DNA from: Patellaria atrata CBS 101060
Lineage: Eukaryota
Direction of reading: 5' to 3'
Length of the DNA stretch: 64,000 bases
Assembly: GCA_010093705.1 (NCBI GenBank)
Contig: MU006120.1
Coordinates: 62,001-126,000 of the forward strand
Shown: in pieces, positions 61,423 through 64,000 of the stretch
How the letters are laid out: the number at the start of each line of letters is the position of its first letter
Numbering within the stretch: the stretch's first letter is position 1
Notes under the pieces: model-generated
The model's database searches: none
Told to the model about the DNA's origin: nothing
Seen by the model: the letters and a program-made list of their open reading frames with translations, nothing else
Position numbers and translations under genes: made by a program

Positions 61423-63416
61423 TCAATCCTCGAACTGTACTTGTTTCCTTCTTCTCGGTGCTTGTTCCCGAGTAAATGCACCCTCACTCTCATCCACGAT
61501 CCCTCTGAAAGCAATCCTGTCATGCCTCTTGAGAAGTTGGTAAACCGTTTCTTGACTAACACTATAGCCGCTCTTCCTCCACCTCGCATTGAGCCACTCG
61601 GTCAATGCATCACTACTCAAACTCCATTCCCTCGAGTCCCATTCCCTGAGAATGAGATTTACAATGGGTGCGTCGGGTAACAGGGGCGGCGATCTTCGAT
61701 TGGGAGATCTGAAGTGTGTGGATGGTTTTGGTCGATCGGGGAATGTGGCTTCCCACATTTTGACGAACTGAAATAGTTTGTGCTCATCGTTAGAGCGTGT
61801 TGTGAGGGCAATACCGAATGGACGGCCGTTCAAACGGATAGTACTAAGGGGGACGGTGGCGATTGGATAACCAGCAGCAGCAGCGAAGCAGCAAAGACCA
61901 CTGTCAGCAGGGGCTGCAATAATGTCGAGATCGTGATCTGAAAGCACTTTATCAATGCCGTGGTCCGCACCGTAAAGCTTTAGGCGATCGATGACTTCTG
62001 ATACCCACTCAGGGTTACTTATATGATCGCGTACGGCGATTAGGTCGTCTTGGTTGGAGCAGACTATGTGAATCAGAATAGATCCATCTGGAAGGTCTCG
62101 TAATACTCACGTGCTGGCAATGCTAAGTGGGCATGGTCCGCATTGTATTTTATTATATCAGATATTGACCTGACTTTAGACTTCTCAAGACCAGCCATGA
62201 ACTTGTTGGCTATGTCCTTAAACTCATGGTCTACACTTGTCAGCTAAATAATCGAAATGTATGCTTTACTCTATTGCTTACATGCTACCATCTCGAAACC
62301 ATCTGCGTCATCGACACTTAAGTTCTCAGGTAGTGGAATTTCAACGGGATAGTTCACTGCGGCACCTCGATCCCTTATTTTTTCTATGGCCGCTTCGTAT
62401 TTTTGCTCCTAGAAAGAAAGTTAGAAGAGCCTTTAGGGATGTCAAAGCTTTTGAGTGACTCTGTACAGTACCATTTCTTCATCAGCGTTTCGATCTGGCC
62501 GACAACTCTCCTCGTCTAGTTTCCATATCGCAGGATCAGCAAATCCGATTCGGAGACCACACCAGTTTCTTTCCCAAGGATTTTCCGTCATATCTATACC
62601 GCTATCCCAACTGTCTCGGTTACTTGAGCCTTTGGTCAACACTTTAACCAGTGTCTCAAGGTCTGCCGCGGACTTCGCCATAGCACCAACAGAATCAAAC
62701 GTTTTGCTGAGCCCGAATATGCCATCCATAGGAACTTCACCGACTGTGAGTTTAATAGCATAGAGCGCTGATCGACTTGCAGGCGTTATAATCGAGCCTA
62801 CAGTTTCCGTCCCAAGAGCAAGTGGCGCAAAGCCAGCTGCAACAGCAACAGCAGAACCGGTAGAGCAACCACCAGGAGCAGAATGGCCAAGAATAGTTTC
62901 CCCGGGTTCGATACCACCAGGTATGTAGATTGATTGTGTTTGGCCACCGACAGACGACCAGCCTGGCATCATGTTTGGTGTCCTTAAGCCACAGAATTCC
63001 GTAAGATTCGCTTTTCCAATTACAATGAGGCCACCTTGGATCAGTTGATCGATGATAGGAGCATTTTTCTTCGGTTTCGCACCAACGAAGGCGTAAGACC
63101 CTACTGTTGTGTCCATTCCCAAACTTGGCTCCGTCATTATGTTATCCTTGACAACAATGGGTATGCCGTGAAATGGGCCCCGAGTCTTCCCCCTCGCCCT
63201 CTCCTCGTCCAACTGTTTTGCCCGTCCCAGAACATTGTACCTTGGAGCTACTGATATCAGGGCTCTCAATTGGCGTCCTTTCCGATTGTGTCGCTCGATC
63301 TGAAGTAGATATCTCTCGACGATTTCGACGCTGGTCAGGACGTTGGCATCCAGAAGGCTCTTCAGATCCGTCGCCGTGATGGTGAGAGGGTCGAAGTCCA
63401 CAACATCATGATCCAT
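61423..63416 (-). CDS. Amidase signature family protein, 4 exons, with extra C-terminal domain
   Basis: RGPFHGIPIVVKDNI, GKANLTEF, PGGCSTGSAVAVAAG, GTETVGSIITPA, AGYPIATVPL, GRPFGI. Confidence 0.9.
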
Positions 63417-64000
63417 AATGATGAGGGAAAGGGTGACCAGAATGCTGAGACCCGTAGAGACAGTTGCGGGGTCAGAAGGGCATATTGCTCTTCACAGAGC
63501 AGCGTTTTCGGTAGTGAGCTCAGAGGAGTCAATATATTTGTAGGATAAGTAGGGCCAATGATTGCATGCCGGATGTCGTCGCGTTCTCACGAGATCCGAT
63601 ATAGTGGTCCACTGTGCCTCAGAAATTGGTGTTCGGCTGGGGTAAATTAAAACCGTCTTGGGCCGCAATATAACTATAGATGAAAAGAGAACGATTGACA
63701 GAAACAGAACCAGGTCACACCTTTCGCCAGATAAATTGCCACGGGTAGCCTAGCTCTTAAACCAGAAAGGGAGGGTGAAGCTTAACCGGTATATGGAGAA
63801 GAGAGGCCTAGAGGCGAACGAGAACGAGGATTTTACCGGCTGGTCAACAAACTCACAAGGACATCGGCAGCAGCACAGACGACTCACGACTTGTCGATTG
63901 AGTCGATTATTATTACTGTACTGCACTATGAAGGCGCGTCAGCATCTTCTACCGTAGACGGACCAAAGCTATACCAGCATAGGCTGTCTACGAGAAGCAC

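Noticed and set aside
47967..63416. Secondary-metabolite or catabolic gene cluster (esterase, LPMO, amidase)
   Set aside because: No backbone enzyme, transporter or linked regulator; the genes are separated by a core F-box gene and pseudogenes

Overview
Gene-dense region of a filamentous ascomycete (Pezizomycotina) nuclear genome, with short GT-AG introns and CTRAY-type branch sites and one 160-N scaffold gap. Conserved housekeeping genes: PKA catalytic subunit, PRP38, SRP72, TFA1, PUS1, tRNA-Val(CAC), an Ecl1-family gene, EFM3, RPS24, VPS72, a JSN1/PUF2-type PUF protein and an F-box/WD40 protein. Enzyme genes: class-3 lipase, GT8-like protein, GH16 Crh, type-B carboxylesterase, AA9 LPMO and amidase. 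Accessory material: a FunK1 kinase and a C2HC+Zn2Cys6 transcription factor beside the tRNA, an intronless 479-aa orphan, a Thr-rich secreted repeat protein, a gag relic, and SDR, HET-like and kinase pseudogenes. No clearly novel multi-gene system is demonstrable. The best leads are post-transcriptional: a Puf1/2-type UAAUNNNUAAU element overlapping the start codon of the PUF gene itself behind a ~1-kb ATG-free leader, a UUU-UGA +1 junction in an F-box-like gene, and an apparently obligatory GAG splice acceptor in PUS1. All family calls come from manual motif recognition; no database search was run.
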